Positions 10,203 to 20,275 of a stretch of DNA of 64,000 nt are shown here, one piece after another. Positions within the stretch are counted from its first letter, which is position 1, and the number at the start of each line of letters is the position of its first letter. Made by a program: the position numbers and the translations under genes. The DNA comes from Sedimentisphaerales bacterium. GTDB taxonomy: Bacteria > Planctomycetota > Phycisphaerae > Sedimentisphaerales > Anaerobacaceae. The stretch covers positions 2,176,001 through 2,240,000 of the forward strand of contig OY970194.1 in the NCBI GenBank assembly GCA_963708075.1, written 5' to 3'. The notes beneath the pieces are model-generated. The model made no database searches, was not told the origin of the DNA, and saw nothing but the letters and a program-made list of their open reading frames with translations.

Positions 10203-12983
10203 TCACTTCTTGACGGCTTTGACGGCGGCTTCGGCGTCGATCCGGCCGTAGCCGTAGTAATCATTTCGACCGGAGACGTAAGCCGTCTCTCCGATCTTCC
10301 GGCACGTCTGTCGCATGATCGTGCGGACCTCCTCGGCCGTCAGATTCGAGTTCTTCGACAGCATGAGGGCCGCTACGGCCGATGCCAGCGGCGTCGCGGA
10401 GGATGTGCCGCCAAATGTAAACGAGTAGTTGCCGGGCTCCTCCCCCGGCTCCCCCATGAGGTCGGTCGTCGTAATGCCTTTCTCGCCGCCATTGCTCGGC
10501 GCCACGAAGTCCAGCTTGGGGCCATACTGGCTATAGTAGGAACGGACGGCAGCGTCGGTGCAGGCGCCCACCGCGATCGCATACGGACTGTTGGCCGGGT
10601 AGGAGACCTCCAGGCTCTCCCTTCGAATTCCTGAGAATTTGCGAGCCAGGATCCAGTCCACAAAGAACCGCACCTCATCGCCTGAGCCGAGCCACATCAA
10701 TGGCACGGACTGCGTCACTTCGGCATTGCCCTGAGAGCCGGACCAATCCGTGGGCTGGCTGCTGCCGGAAGTCTCCTCGCCGATGATGGCCCTCGTCTGG
10801 TCCGCCATCCAGAGCATACACAGGCCGCCATAGTCCGTGCCCGATGCGCTGATGGAGATGTCCACCGCAAGGTTATACGCCGGGTCGTACATGAACTCCT
10901 GCGTGAAGTCAAACCGCACGAGGTTCACCATCGTGGCGTAGTCCAGCTCGAAGGCCGTCCCGACGTTCAGAGGTACATTCTTCGCCTGAAGCACAGTGGT
11001 CCAGCCGGTGTTATCCCAAGTGGGTTGGTAATAGGCGTTGCGGCCGTTCGGGATTTGTTTCAGACGAATCGTCAGAGCGGCCAGCCGCTGCCGGGGCGGA
11101 TCGACAAGGTAGAACTCGGCGAATCGCAAAGGCCGGGCAGGCATGGGCTCATATTCATCCCAGCCGAGTTCCTCGCGCAGGCAGATGAACTGCATCCGGC
11201 GATATTTCGCTCCCAGGGGGCTGAACGGCCACTCTGACTGGCCAAAACCCCAATCGACCAGGTCGTACTGTCCCACCTGACAAGAGTAGGATTCCTCCGA
11301 CGAGGGCCACAGCCAGAACTCCATGTCACCTTCGGTCAACGTCTGGGTCGTTGCGAGGAAACTATGGCCGCGATCACGAATCGGCCCCGCGCGCACCGAC
11401 CGCACGTCCTCCTTGTCCCTTCCAATCAGGGCGTGGTTACCATCGACCTCGTCCTGTACACTGATCCACGGAGCGTCGCCGCCGGTGCTCCAGCCGGCGG
11501 GAAGCGTCTGTCCTTTGAATCGCTCTATGCTGCCGTCGGGCCAGATGACCGCGTCCAGCCAGACGGTGTCCTGTCCCGCGGACCCGGTTGCACTCTTGAT
11601 GTATTCCCACCGGAAATCGTACGTGCCCTTCTCGAGCTGGCTCACATCAACCGCGTACCAGCCCATGGCATCGTTTCCCGCGGCGCAGAGCACCGGACAG
11701 CCCTTCCCCCCGCGTCCCTTCCGGGCGGCGTAGGCCAGGGCCGAGTTGGTGATATTCGTCTCGGAGAAGCCCAGAGACATGGAAATCACATCGGCCCCGC
11801 GCCAGGTGCCCGTGCCGTTGGCGGTTCGCCCTGCGGCGTAGTAGATCGCCTCCGCCACGGCCGGATAGAGGATATCCGTTGCCATCAGCTCCACACCGGT
11901 CTTGAGCACTTTCAAAGGCATCAGCCGGCAGCCGAATGCGCCCCCGACCACTCCCTTGCCGTTATTGCCGCTCGCCAGGGCGACCCCGGCCACCTGCGTC
12001 CCATGGGTCTCATCTGCATCGGACGGGCTCGGATTGTTATCGTTGTCGTAGAAGTCCCAGCCGTTGCAGTCGTCCTGCCAGCCATTCAGATCGTTGTCCT
12101 TCGCGTCACCGCTGATTTCGCGGGTATTGCACGGCAGGGCATCCTTCAAATCCTCATGATCGGTTTCCACGCCGTCATCGATGATAGCGATAATGACCTG
12201 GTCGCTGCCCCTGACGATGTCCCAGGCCTGTGGCGCGTTGATGTCTTTGAGATGCCACTGATTGGGATCGAAAAGTGGGTCATTCGGCGTGAATGCCTGC
12301 CTGGCTACCTCCCCCGTGAACTCCGGTTCCACCCATTCGACGGCAGGGTCCGCCGCGAGCGTCGCACAGACGGCGAACAATTCCTCGGCCGTCGAGTGCA
12401 CGGCGGAAAGGACATACTGGTCATCGGTGCCGCGGATTCGCCGCTCCAGCCGGGTCCCCAACCGCTGATTCATGGCCGCGACCTCGGGCTCGAAATAGCC
12501 TGTCGCCAGCTTCACGATGACGTTTCCCGTGGGGATCATCTCCAGCCCGCTGATGCCGTGGACATACACGGGGACCACATCACCGAGGTCGGCCTGTTCC
12601 TGAAGCCGCCGCAGCGATTCGGTCTGCTCCTCCAGCGACTGGAATTTCCTGGTCGTCAGAATCGTCGCTTTCGCCTTGCTGATCCGTCGCTCGATGCGGT
12701 AGGACCGATCGCCTGCCCGGATCACATCCGGGATCGCCGCCGCCGCGATCTCACGACTATCACCGTGCAGGACAGCCACCTTCTCGCGAGACCGAAACAG
12801 AGGAATCTCCCGCTGTCCAACGCGGAGTGACTCGCCCGCATAATACGCTCCCTCGGGCCTGCCCCCGGCGTGCCCGGCGGAGCTTGCAGCCACGGATACG
12901 TCCTGCGTCACCGCGCAGAAAACCAGCCCGATACACATTGCAGCAGAGAACAAGCCCAGACGACCGGGAACTGATGCTTTCAT
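10203..12983 (-). CDS. Secreted S8 serine protease with about 350 aa inserted within the catalytic domain
   Basis: IAIIDDG, HGTQVAG, AAGND, then insertion, then VSYPA...FVAP...GTSSATP, YGYGRIDA; signal peptide from MKASVPG. Confidence 0.9.
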   Translation of the reverse strand: MKASVPGRLGLFSAAMCIGLVFCAVTQDVSVAASSAGHAGGRPEGAYYAGESLRVGQREIPLFRSREKVAVLHGDSREIAAAAIPDVIRAGDRSYRIERRISKAKATILTTRKFQSLEEQTESLRRLQEQADLGDVVPVYVHGISGLEMIPTGNVIVKLATGYFEPEVAAMNQRLGTRLERRIRGTDDQYVLSAVHSTAEELFAVCATLAADPAVEWVEPEFTGEVARQAFTPNDPLFDPNQWHLKDINAPQAWDIVRGSDQVIIAIIDDGVETDHEDLKDALPCNTREISGDAKDNDLNGWQDDCNGWDFYDNDNNPSPSDADETHGTQVAGVALASGNNGKGVVGGAFGCRLMPLKVLKTGVELMATDILYPAVAEAIYYAAGRTANGTGTWRGADVISMSLGFSETNITNSALAYAARKGRGGKGCPVLCAAGNDAMGWYAVDVSQLEKGTYDFRWEYIKSATGSAGQDTVWLDAVIWPDGSIERFKGQTLPAGWSTGGDAPWISVQDEVDGNHALIGRDKEDVRSVRAGPIRDRGHSFLATTQTLTEGDMEFWLWPSSEESYSCQVGQYDLVDWGFGQSEWPFSPLGAKYRRMQFICLREELGWDEYEPMPARPLRFAEFYLVDPPRQRLAALTIRLKQIPNGRNAYYQPTWDNTGWTTVLQAKNVPLNVGTAFELDYATMVNLVRFDFTQEFMYDPAYNLAVDISISASGTDYGGLCMLWMADQTRAIIGEETSGSSQPTDWSGSQGNAEVTQSVPLMWLGSGDEVRFFVDWILARKFSGIRRESLEVSYPANSPYAIAVGACTDAAVRSYYSQYGPKLDFVAPSNGGEKGITTTDLMGEPGEEPGNYSFTFGGTSSATPLASAVAALMLSKNSNLTAEEVRTIMRQTCRKIGETAYVSGRNDYYGYGRIDAEAAVKAVKK

Positions 12984-13200
12984 CGTATGTCCCCCCAATT
13001 CGATACGGACAAACCGCTCCTCAATCGCCACCTCGCTCAGTCTCGTCCTCCTCATGCAGAGATCACGAGAACAAAACGGACCCACTCAGCATCGTTCTTG
13101 GATACCTATTATATACAGCGGAAGATCGGGAATCAACCTGGATCTGTCCGCGCGGCGGCCCAGGGTGCGACTATGTTTCGTGGGCGAACAGCCCTCTGTC

Positions 13201-13296
13201 TGCCATGCTGAGCGAAGCGAAGCATCTGGCCCACGAACGGAACCAACGCTTGTTACCACGCTCAGCCCAGATCCTTCGCTGTCGCTCAGGATGACA
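13201..13296. repeat. REP-like palindromic element, family A (TGTCATCCTGAGCG...GATCT arms)
   Basis: Inverted arms TGCCATGCTGAGCGAAGCGAAGCATCTGG and CCAGATCCTTCGCTGTCGCTCAGGATGACA; related copy at 60481. Confidence 0.85.
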
Positions 13297-13341
13297 GGGT
13301 GGACGCTTGGCCCCCCCACGAAAATTAGTCGCACCCGCGGC

Positions 13342-14151
13342 TCATCGCCCTGGGGCGGCTTGCTGGTTCGGATCGGCTGGACTGAAGGACGCGGCGGCTT
13401 TGACGTGGCCGTGCCGATCCGGCAGGAAGGTCAGGATAGTATCCACCAAATCCCGGGCGGCCAGTCTCGCCGATTGCTCGGATCCTGAGCTGATCTGGAC
13501 CTGCGCGACGTAGCGAGCCAAGTCTCCGGAGATGTTGGGGGTCCGGTCAAAGACGCCGGAGAAATCCCGCTCCCGGAGAGTGATCTGCCCGTTCAGGACG
13601 TAGAAACTAAGTATGAACACCTGTCCGTATGCCGGGGCGGGTTTGTGGAACTGATGGCTCAGGCACTTGATCACCTGCCCGGAACAAGTGGTGACTTCCG
13701 TCGGGGTGGTATGATCACGGATCCACCCATGAGCGGGAAAACAGACATCCGGCCGATGCCCCAGTAGTCCGCTGGGATATGAGGAGCAGTAGACCACGTA
13801 GACGTCGGCCCAGGCCCCTTCCGCTATGTTCGTGTATCGACGACTGACGTAATCGTCGGCAAAATTGGCCCTCATGTACTCCTCGGTCGTCGACGGAAGA
13901 GCCACTTCCCGGCCGATCCATGGGTCAATCCGCATCGGAATAGTACTCAGGGGCATCGGCAGCACCACCGGATTATCACGGATTTTCTGCAATCCGGACG
14001 CTGCCACCCGATAAGCAACGCCTGCACCGATCAACAGCACAAAGGCCACCACGCCGGCTAGCCAAATCGACGCGCCGGACGTGTGCACACCCTTCACCGG
14101 CGCCTCCCATGCAGGCCCGCCTGCGGACCGGTCGGTATTGGAGTACGTCAT
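13342..14151 (-). CDS. epsI: Exosortase-associated EpsI-family protein
   Basis: N-terminal TM, P..I.PWIGRE, ADDYVSRRY, VYVVY, HRPDVCFPAHGW. Confidence 0.8.
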   Translation of the reverse strand: MTYSNTDRSAGGPAWEAPVKGVHTSGASIWLAGVVAFVLLIGAGVAYRVAASGLQKIRDNPVVLPMPLSTIPMRIDPWIGREVALPSTTEEYMRANFADDYVSRRYTNIAEGAWADVYVVYCSSYPSGLLGHRPDVCFPAHGWIRDHTTPTEVTTCSGQVIKCLSHQFHKPAPAYGQVFILSFYVLNGQITLRERDFSGVFDRTPNISGDLARYVAQVQISSGSEQSARLAARDLVDTILTFLPDRHGHVKAAASFSPADPNQQAAPGR

Positions 14152-14380
14152 AATGAGCATCCTCAATGTCAGCTCTGAGTCTTGGACTCTTGTCTTATGT
14201 GTACATCTATCGCTCTCATCGACCGTTTGTCAACTGGGCATTCGACGCAGGCGGCAGGTCCGCGACAGGCTCGAACCTCAGGATCGCTCCGGTTTGCGTC
14301 GTTTTCCTCCGCTTTGTAGGGTTTACGTAGGTTTGAATCGACGCATCCTCGTTTCCTGGGGGGTCAGGATAGGAGAACGA

Positions 14381-15160
14381 ATGTCAACGATCAGTGGACC
14401 ACAGGCAAGACTGCACGCGCCGGGCAGGTCCCATAAGCATAGCGGCTCCGAAAGCCTCGTTGAATGGGCATCCCATCTCGAGGCCGTGCAGCCGGCCTGC
14501 GCTTCGGGCGTGAGACATTCCGCGTCACTGGCCGTCGAGACGGGGGTGGTGGCCGTCGGCACCATGGCCGCCATTCGATTTCTGAACGTGCCGCCTGCTC
14601 TGGAGCTCAAATGGCTCCTGATCCCGTGCCTGCTGGTCATCGCCGCCCTGCTGCCGACGTGGCTCAGAGGGCGTCAGTTCCCTTCCATGGGCCTTGACCG
14701 CGAACACGCAGGGGCTTCGCTGACTTTGGTGTGCCTGACGTGCCTCTGTGCCATTCCGGCCGTCTTTCTCGGCCTCTGGCTGATGGTCCGAATGCAACTG
14801 CCAATCCCTCTAAGACCGGTGGTTGCGGGGCCCGATGGCTGGTTTACGTGGCTGATTTACCAGTTCTTGTACGTGGCCGTGGCGGAGGAGGTGTTCTTCC
14901 GAGGCTATCTCCAGGCGAATGTCATGAAATGGCTCGGGGATACGCGCCCGGCTGCGCGATACGCCGCAGTCGTCGTCTCCGCCGGCTGTTTCGCGTTGGC
15001 ACATGTCGTCGTTCAAGGTCAGATAACCTCTCTGTGCACCTTTCTGCCGGGTCTCATCCTCGCCTGGTTATTCCTCCGGACACGTTCCCTGCTGGCGCCC
15101 ATCCTGTTCCACGGGCTGGCTAACGTCTCCTATGGCATCATTGCCTTGATTGTAATGTAG
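14381..15160 (+). CDS. CPBP (Rce1/Abi-like) intramembrane glutamic endopeptidase, myxosortase-like
   Basis: AGGAG + ATG; multiple TM segments; YQFLYVAVAEEVFFRGYLQ, FALAH, HGLAN. Confidence 0.88.
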   Translation: MSTISGPQARLHAPGRSHKHSGSESLVEWASHLEAVQPACASGVRHSASLAVETGVVAVGTMAAIRFLNVPPALELKWLLIPCLLVIAALLPTWLRGRQFPSMGLDREHAGASLTLVCLTCLCAIPAVFLGLWLMVRMQLPIPLRPVVAGPDGWFTWLIYQFLYVAVAEEVFFRGYLQANVMKWLGDTRPAARYAAVVVSAGCFALAHVVVQGQITSLCTFLPGLILAWLFLRTRSLLAPILFHGLANVSYGIIALIVM

Positions 15161-15351
15161 ACTTTCGATGGATGAGCCCGTGGTCGGGGCCCAATCCGGA
15201 TGGCTGATACGGCCCGATAAGGTACGGCTGTTCATACTGCCATCCCCTCCGGGGGCACAGACATCCCGGCTTTGGCCTCTTCTAATTAAGTGGGGACTTC
15301 TCTGAGACGATACAGTCCACTGGACAAACTCAGAAATGAATGAGAACGATC

Positions 15352-16241
15352 ATGAACGAGAAACATGCGTCAAGGCTCTTCTGGGCGATCAAGGCCCTGC
15401 TGGCCGGGATTCTGCTGTATGTCGCCGTGGCGGTGATCGTGACGCCATTGTACCTGGGCAGAGCGCTCAATCCGTTGCCTGCGGATGGCGATGAGCGCAA
15501 TCTGGAGCCGACCTCCACAGAGCCACGGAGCCGGCCCCCCGCCGACCTCTCCGCCATTCTCCAAAACGATCTCTTCGCAGGGGCAAACTCCCCGGTGCTT
15601 CAGACGGACACCCGCTCACTGACTTCTCCCAACGTCGCCTCGGTGGAGGACGAGTTGGGCCTGAAGCTCATCGGAGCCATCGCGGGTGATTCCGACACCT
15701 CTCGCGCTGTCATCCAGAACAAGGCAACGGGCCTCGCACTGCCCTACAAGATCGGCGACATGGTGGCGGGCGGAGAGATCGAATCGATCGAGTGTGACCG
15801 GGTGGTGATACGCTATGCGGGCCGACGAAAAGTACTGCCTCTGCAGAGCGGGGCTATCAGCCCGGCGAAGGGACGTTCCAGTGAGAGCAAGCCGCAAAGC
15901 GCCGAATCCGGAGGAAAGCGCGCATCGGCCGAGCAGCAGCCGCCTCAGAATCGGCCCCGCCTGGGCTATGTGCAGGAGGTGTTTCACAAGGCGAAGATCG
16001 AGCCATACGTGCGAAACGGCCGGACCGAAGGGCTGAAAATCACCGGTTCTCGAGGAGACGCCTCTGACCGGACTATTCGGTTCTCAAGAACGGCGATGTC
16101 GTCCAGACGCTCAATGGGCAAGCTCTCACCAGCAAACAGAAGGCGTTTCAAGTCCTCCAGAAGGCAAAGATGCAATCGAAGTTACAAATCGAACTGCTTC
16201 GCGATGGGAAAGCCAAAGAGCTATCATTCGATCTGCAATGA
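15352..16241 (+). CDS. gspC: Type II secretion protein GspC (TM, HR and PDZ-like domains); two +1 frameshifts near 16047 and 16081
   Basis: LKLIGAIAGD...AVI...YKIGD HR domain. Removing one T at each GGTTCTC gives KITGLEE...GLKNGDVVQTLNG...IELLRDGK...FDLQ then TGA. Confidence 0.82.
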
Positions 16242-16254
16242 ATCGGAGAACACC

Positions 16255-18567
16255 TTGAATACTTCACGTCGTCATCCTGGAACGCTCGTGCAAGACACGA
16301 GCAAAGTGTTTTTGTGGAGCATCGCGCGGCCTGTGGGCCTGCTGATGCTTGCATCATGCCTCCTGGTCTGCACTAGCTGCGGCGTTCGACCCAAGCCGGT
16401 CGACGGCACCGAGGTCTCGCCCATTCAGTTGGGAACTCCTTCGGAGCAGCCGCCGGCCGAAGCCGGTGCGACAACCGTCGAGCCAGTCCCCGTCCAGCCT
16501 GCAAAGGAGTCGTCCCCTCCGCCCGGCATCACGCCTGTGGGCAGGAGCCAGCCGCGGGAGGAGCTGCTGCAGATGACCGCCATGGATCTGTCGCAGCGAC
16601 AAGTGCAGCGGGTAGAGCCGGCCAAGCCGATGCAGGGGATTGTGCCGGTCAAGCCGGCCCAGCCTCCCCTGAAGCAGGATGCCGCACCGCCGGCAGTCGA
16701 GCTGGCGAAACCTCCGGAAACGCTGCCGCTGCAGGTGCAGACGTGTGACGTCGAGATGCCCCTGCTCAAGAAGCCCGGGATGGCGGATCAACTGGTCTCC
16801 GTCAATTTCGACAACGTGGACATCCGAACCGTCCTGAAGACCGTCGGCGAGATCACCGGGATCAACTTCATCCCGCATCAGAGCGTAACGGGCACGGTGA
16901 CGGTCATGTCGCCCACGCCCATCCGCCTCGGCGATATCTACGCGTTCCTGCAGTCCATCCTGGATGTCTACGGGTACGCCGCCGTGGAGACGGACAACGC
17001 CGTCAAGATCATCCCGAAGGCGGACGCCGCCAAGAACTCCGTGCAGGTCCGTATCGGCGCCGACCCCGAGTACATTCCGAGGAATGACGCCATTGTCACG
17101 CAGATCATCCCGCTGAAGTACGCGGATGCGACGGAAGTGAGCCAGCTCATTCAGCCTGTCCTTGCCACCGGGGCCCAGATGGCCGTCTATACGAGGACGA
17201 ATTCCATCATGGTCACGGACACCTCGGCGAACATCCATCACGTCGCCCAGGTCATTGGCCGGCTCGACGTCGTCGGTTCCAAAGAAAAGGCAGTCCTGCT
17301 GCCTCTGACGCACGCCTCGGCCAGAGTCGTCAGCGAGCAGATTACGCAGATTCTGGAAAGGACGAGAGGTGGAGCCGCACAGGCCGCACGTCCGCGTCCC
17401 GCCCCGACACCGGGCCAGGAGGCCAACATCCTTCCGGATGACCGCACCAACTCACTCGTCATCGTCGCGGGCGAGCAGGACATCGAGATGATCACGCAGC
17501 TTGCCAAGCAGCTTGACATCGAGCGGCCGAACGGAACGAACAATGTGCGCGTGGTCTATCTCAAGAACGCCGACGCCAATGAGGTGGCGCGGTCCCTTGA
17601 AGCGACTCTGGTGAGCATGAAGCTGACCACCGCCGAGGCTGCCACGCAACAGATTCAGATCACCGCGGATAAGAGCACGAACTCGCTCATCGTCCTGGCG
17701 CCGCCTCAGGATTTCGAGGTGATCTCCGAGATCATCGACAAGCTTGACACAGTTCGCGAGCAGGTGTTCGTCGAGACACAGTTCTTGGAAGTGACAGAGG
17801 AGGCGTTGCAGGAGATCGGTGTGGATTGGGCCACTCTCGATGAGGCGGTCGCCGACAGCATACGCGGCTTCGGATTGACGAACCTCGGGCCGCGGGCCGC
17901 CTTCATCAATGGCACTGCCGAGGGGCTCTCCGTCGGCGCATGGAAAGGGACGGCGGGCAACGTGCGCATCGGGGCCATTCTGCAGGCGCTGAAGAAGGAG
18001 TCCGGTGTCAACATCCTTTCGACCCCGCAGATCCTGACCTCCAACCACCGCAAGGCGATCATCATCGTCGGAGAGAACCGTCCGTTCGTCACCCAGTCGA
18101 GGATCACCGAGAACACGGACCCCGCCACGCCCACGGTCATCCAGGGCTTCGAATACAAGGACGTCGGTATCACCCTTGAAGTCACGCCGCACGTCAGCCA
18201 GGGCGGGTTGATTCGCCTGGAGGTCAACAGCGAGTTCACGAAGCTGATTGAGGACGTGGCTACGCAATCGCTGAACACGCCGGTGACCGCCAAGCGAACG
18301 GCCAAGACGGCCGTGACCATGAGCAGCGGCGCAACCGTTGTGATCGGCGGACTCATCCGCGACGACAAGATCCGCACTACCAAGAAGATCCCCCTGCTTG
18401 GCGATCTGCCCCTAATCGGGGTGGCATTCCAGTCCCAGAGGGACCGTACGCAGAAGACCAACCTGCTCATCTTCATCACCCCGCACGTCATGACGAGCCA
18501 GGAGGAATTGGAGCAGATCACCAATACCAAGCGGGAGATGATGCCGGAGTTCGAGGCAACCGAGTGA
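16255..18567 (+). CDS. gspD: Type II secretion secretin GspD
   Basis: GGAG + TTG; VNFDNVDIR, TQIIPLKYADA, DDRTNSL, NILSTPQI, YKDVGITLEVTP, KIPLLGDLP, LLIFITPHV. Confidence 0.93.
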   Translation: MNTSRRHPGTLVQDTSKVFLWSIARPVGLLMLASCLLVCTSCGVRPKPVDGTEVSPIQLGTPSEQPPAEAGATTVEPVPVQPAKESSPPPGITPVGRSQPREELLQMTAMDLSQRQVQRVEPAKPMQGIVPVKPAQPPLKQDAAPPAVELAKPPETLPLQVQTCDVEMPLLKKPGMADQLVSVNFDNVDIRTVLKTVGEITGINFIPHQSVTGTVTVMSPTPIRLGDIYAFLQSILDVYGYAAVETDNAVKIIPKADAAKNSVQVRIGADPEYIPRNDAIVTQIIPLKYADATEVSQLIQPVLATGAQMAVYTRTNSIMVTDTSANIHHVAQVIGRLDVVGSKEKAVLLPLTHASARVVSEQITQILERTRGGAAQAARPRPAPTPGQEANILPDDRTNSLVIVAGEQDIEMITQLAKQLDIERPNGTNNVRVVYLKNADANEVARSLEATLVSMKLTTAEAATQQIQITADKSTNSLIVLAPPQDFEVISEIIDKLDTVREQVFVETQFLEVTEEALQEIGVDWATLDEAVADSIRGFGLTNLGPRAAFINGTAEGLSVGAWKGTAGNVRIGAILQALKKESGVNILSTPQILTSNHRKAIIIVGENRPFVTQSRITENTDPATPTVIQGFEYKDVGITLEVTPHVSQGGLIRLEVNSEFTKLIEDVATQSLNTPVTAKRTAKTAVTMSSGATVVIGGLIRDDKIRTTKKIPLLGDLPLIGVAFQSQRDRTQKTNLLIFITPHVMTSQEELEQITNTKREMMPEFEATE

Positions 18568-18670
18568 GGAATATTCAAGAGGTACCAACGATAGGCTATA
18601 CCGTCGAGCGGCAGGCATCGCGTGGATTCGATTCCCGGTGCGTGCCCTCGCGTTTGTGAAGAGGGTGTAA

Positions 18671-20275
18671 GTGAGTCCCCAACTGGCTGAGCGAAAGAAG
18701 CTGCGAGAGCTGCAGAAGATCTCTGCGGAGCAGTTGAACCCGAACGTGGTGAAACGGCTGCCGTGGGAGTTTCTCAAGAAGCAGTGCGCCATCCCGATCC
18801 AGTTGGAAGGCGGCGAGATGGCTGTCGCTCTGGCGGACCCTCTGAACGTCGAAGCCTATGATGCCATCGTGGGCATCCTGGGCCGGCCGTGTCCCCGCGT
18901 CCTGTGCCCGGCCCCGGAGATCGAGCAGGCGATCAGCCGGTGCTACTACTACGCGATCAACACGGAGGAGAAATACTACAGCCCGGATGCGCCGGAATCC
19001 GCCACAGGCGGCGCAGAAACCAGCATCAGCACGGTCCAGACACATGCCGAGGACCTGCTCAGCATCGCCCAGAAGGCCCCGCCGGTTCAACTGGTCAACA
19101 AGATCCTGTTCCAGGCGATGCAAAGCCGCGCCAGCGATATTCACGTCGAGCCCTACGAAAACGAGGTGAAGATCCGGTTCCGCGTCGACGGCGTCCTGCA
19201 CAACGTGCTGACGCTGCCGAAGAGCCAGGTGGGTCCGCTCTCCTCGCGCGTAAAGATCATGGCGAACCTGAACATTGCAGAGCAGCGTCTGCCGCAGGAC
19301 GGCCAGAGCCGTGCGAAAATCGGCGAGGAACTCATGGACATCCGCGTCTCCGTGATTCCCACCGCCGGCGGCGAGCGCATCGTGCTCAGGCTGCTCGACA
19401 GGGGCCGGGGCAATCTCGGCCTGGAGGACGTAGGATTCGGACCTGAGCCCCTGCAGATTTTCCGGCGGCTCATCACGGTGCCGCACGGTATCCTCCTGAT
19501 CACGGGCCCGACCGGCAGCGGCAAGACAACCACGTTATACGCGGCCCTTCACGAGCTCAACGACCAGGAACGAAACATCCTGACGGTGGAGGACCCGGTC
19601 GAATACCAGTTGCCCGGCATCGGGCAGATGCAGGTCCGGCCGAAGATCAACCTGACATTCGCCAATTGCCTGCGACACATCCTCCGCCAGGACCCGGATA
19701 TTATCATGATCGGTGAGATTCGCGATCGCGAGACCGCGGAAATCGCCATCCAGGCCTCTCTTACGGGCCACCTGGTCCTGAGCACGCTGCACACGAACGA
19801 TGCCGCGTCCGCCGTCACCCGGCTGATCGACATGAATATCGAGCCGTACCTGATCTCATCCACTATTGCCGGCGTCATGGCGCAGCGCCTGCTGCGGGTC
19901 ATCTGTCCCGACTGCAAGAAGGCTTATCGCCTGCAGGAGGGCGCCGCCGTAACGGAGGAGCTGCGACGGCTGGGAGCTGAGAACCCTGAGTTGTATCGAG
20001 GCGAGGGTTGCGACAAGTGCCTGCAGACCGGATACCTCGGACGCACCGGCATTTTCGAGCTCATGCTCGTGGACGATGAGATCAAAGAGATGGTCACCCA
20101 GCAGCGCGGCTCGCACATCATCAAACAGGCGGCGATCCGAAAAGGCATGACGACGCTGCGGGAGGACGGTATGCGAAAGGTCCTGGCGGGGATTACCACG
20201 CTGGAGGAAGTCTACCGCGTCACGCAGGATGCTGTGCGGGCGAAGGATGAGGTGAAGCCGAATGCCTGCCGCTGA
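18671..20275 (+). CDS. gspE: Type II secretion ATPase GspE
   Basis: ASDIHVEP, RLPQDG, GPTGSGKTTT, LRQDPDIIMIGEIRD, LSTLHTND, two CxxC motifs. Confidence 0.97.
   Translation: MSPQLAERKKLRELQKISAEQLNPNVVKRLPWEFLKKQCAIPIQLEGGEMAVALADPLNVEAYDAIVGILGRPCPRVLCPAPEIEQAISRCYYYAINTEEKYYSPDAPESATGGAETSISTVQTHAEDLLSIAQKAPPVQLVNKILFQAMQSRASDIHVEPYENEVKIRFRVDGVLHNVLTLPKSQVGPLSSRVKIMANLNIAEQRLPQDGQSRAKIGEELMDIRVSVIPTAGGERIVLRLLDRGRGNLGLEDVGFGPEPLQIFRRLITVPHGILLITGPTGSGKTTTLYAALHELNDQERNILTVEDPVEYQLPGIGQMQVRPKINLTFANCLRHILRQDPDIIMIGEIRDRETAEIAIQASLTGHLVLSTLHTNDAASAVTRLIDMNIEPYLISSTIAGVMAQRLLRVICPDCKKAYRLQEGAAVTEELRRLGAENPELYRGEGCDKCLQTGYLGRTGIFELMLVDDEIKEMVTQQRGSHIIKQAAIRKGMTTLREDGMRKVLAGITTLEEVYRVTQDAVRAKDEVKPNACR

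Noticed and set aside
15340..18567. Apparent 1075-aa GspC-GspD fusion
   Set aside because: Two single-base insertions bypass the gspC stop at 16241, and gspD has its own RBS and TTG at 16255.
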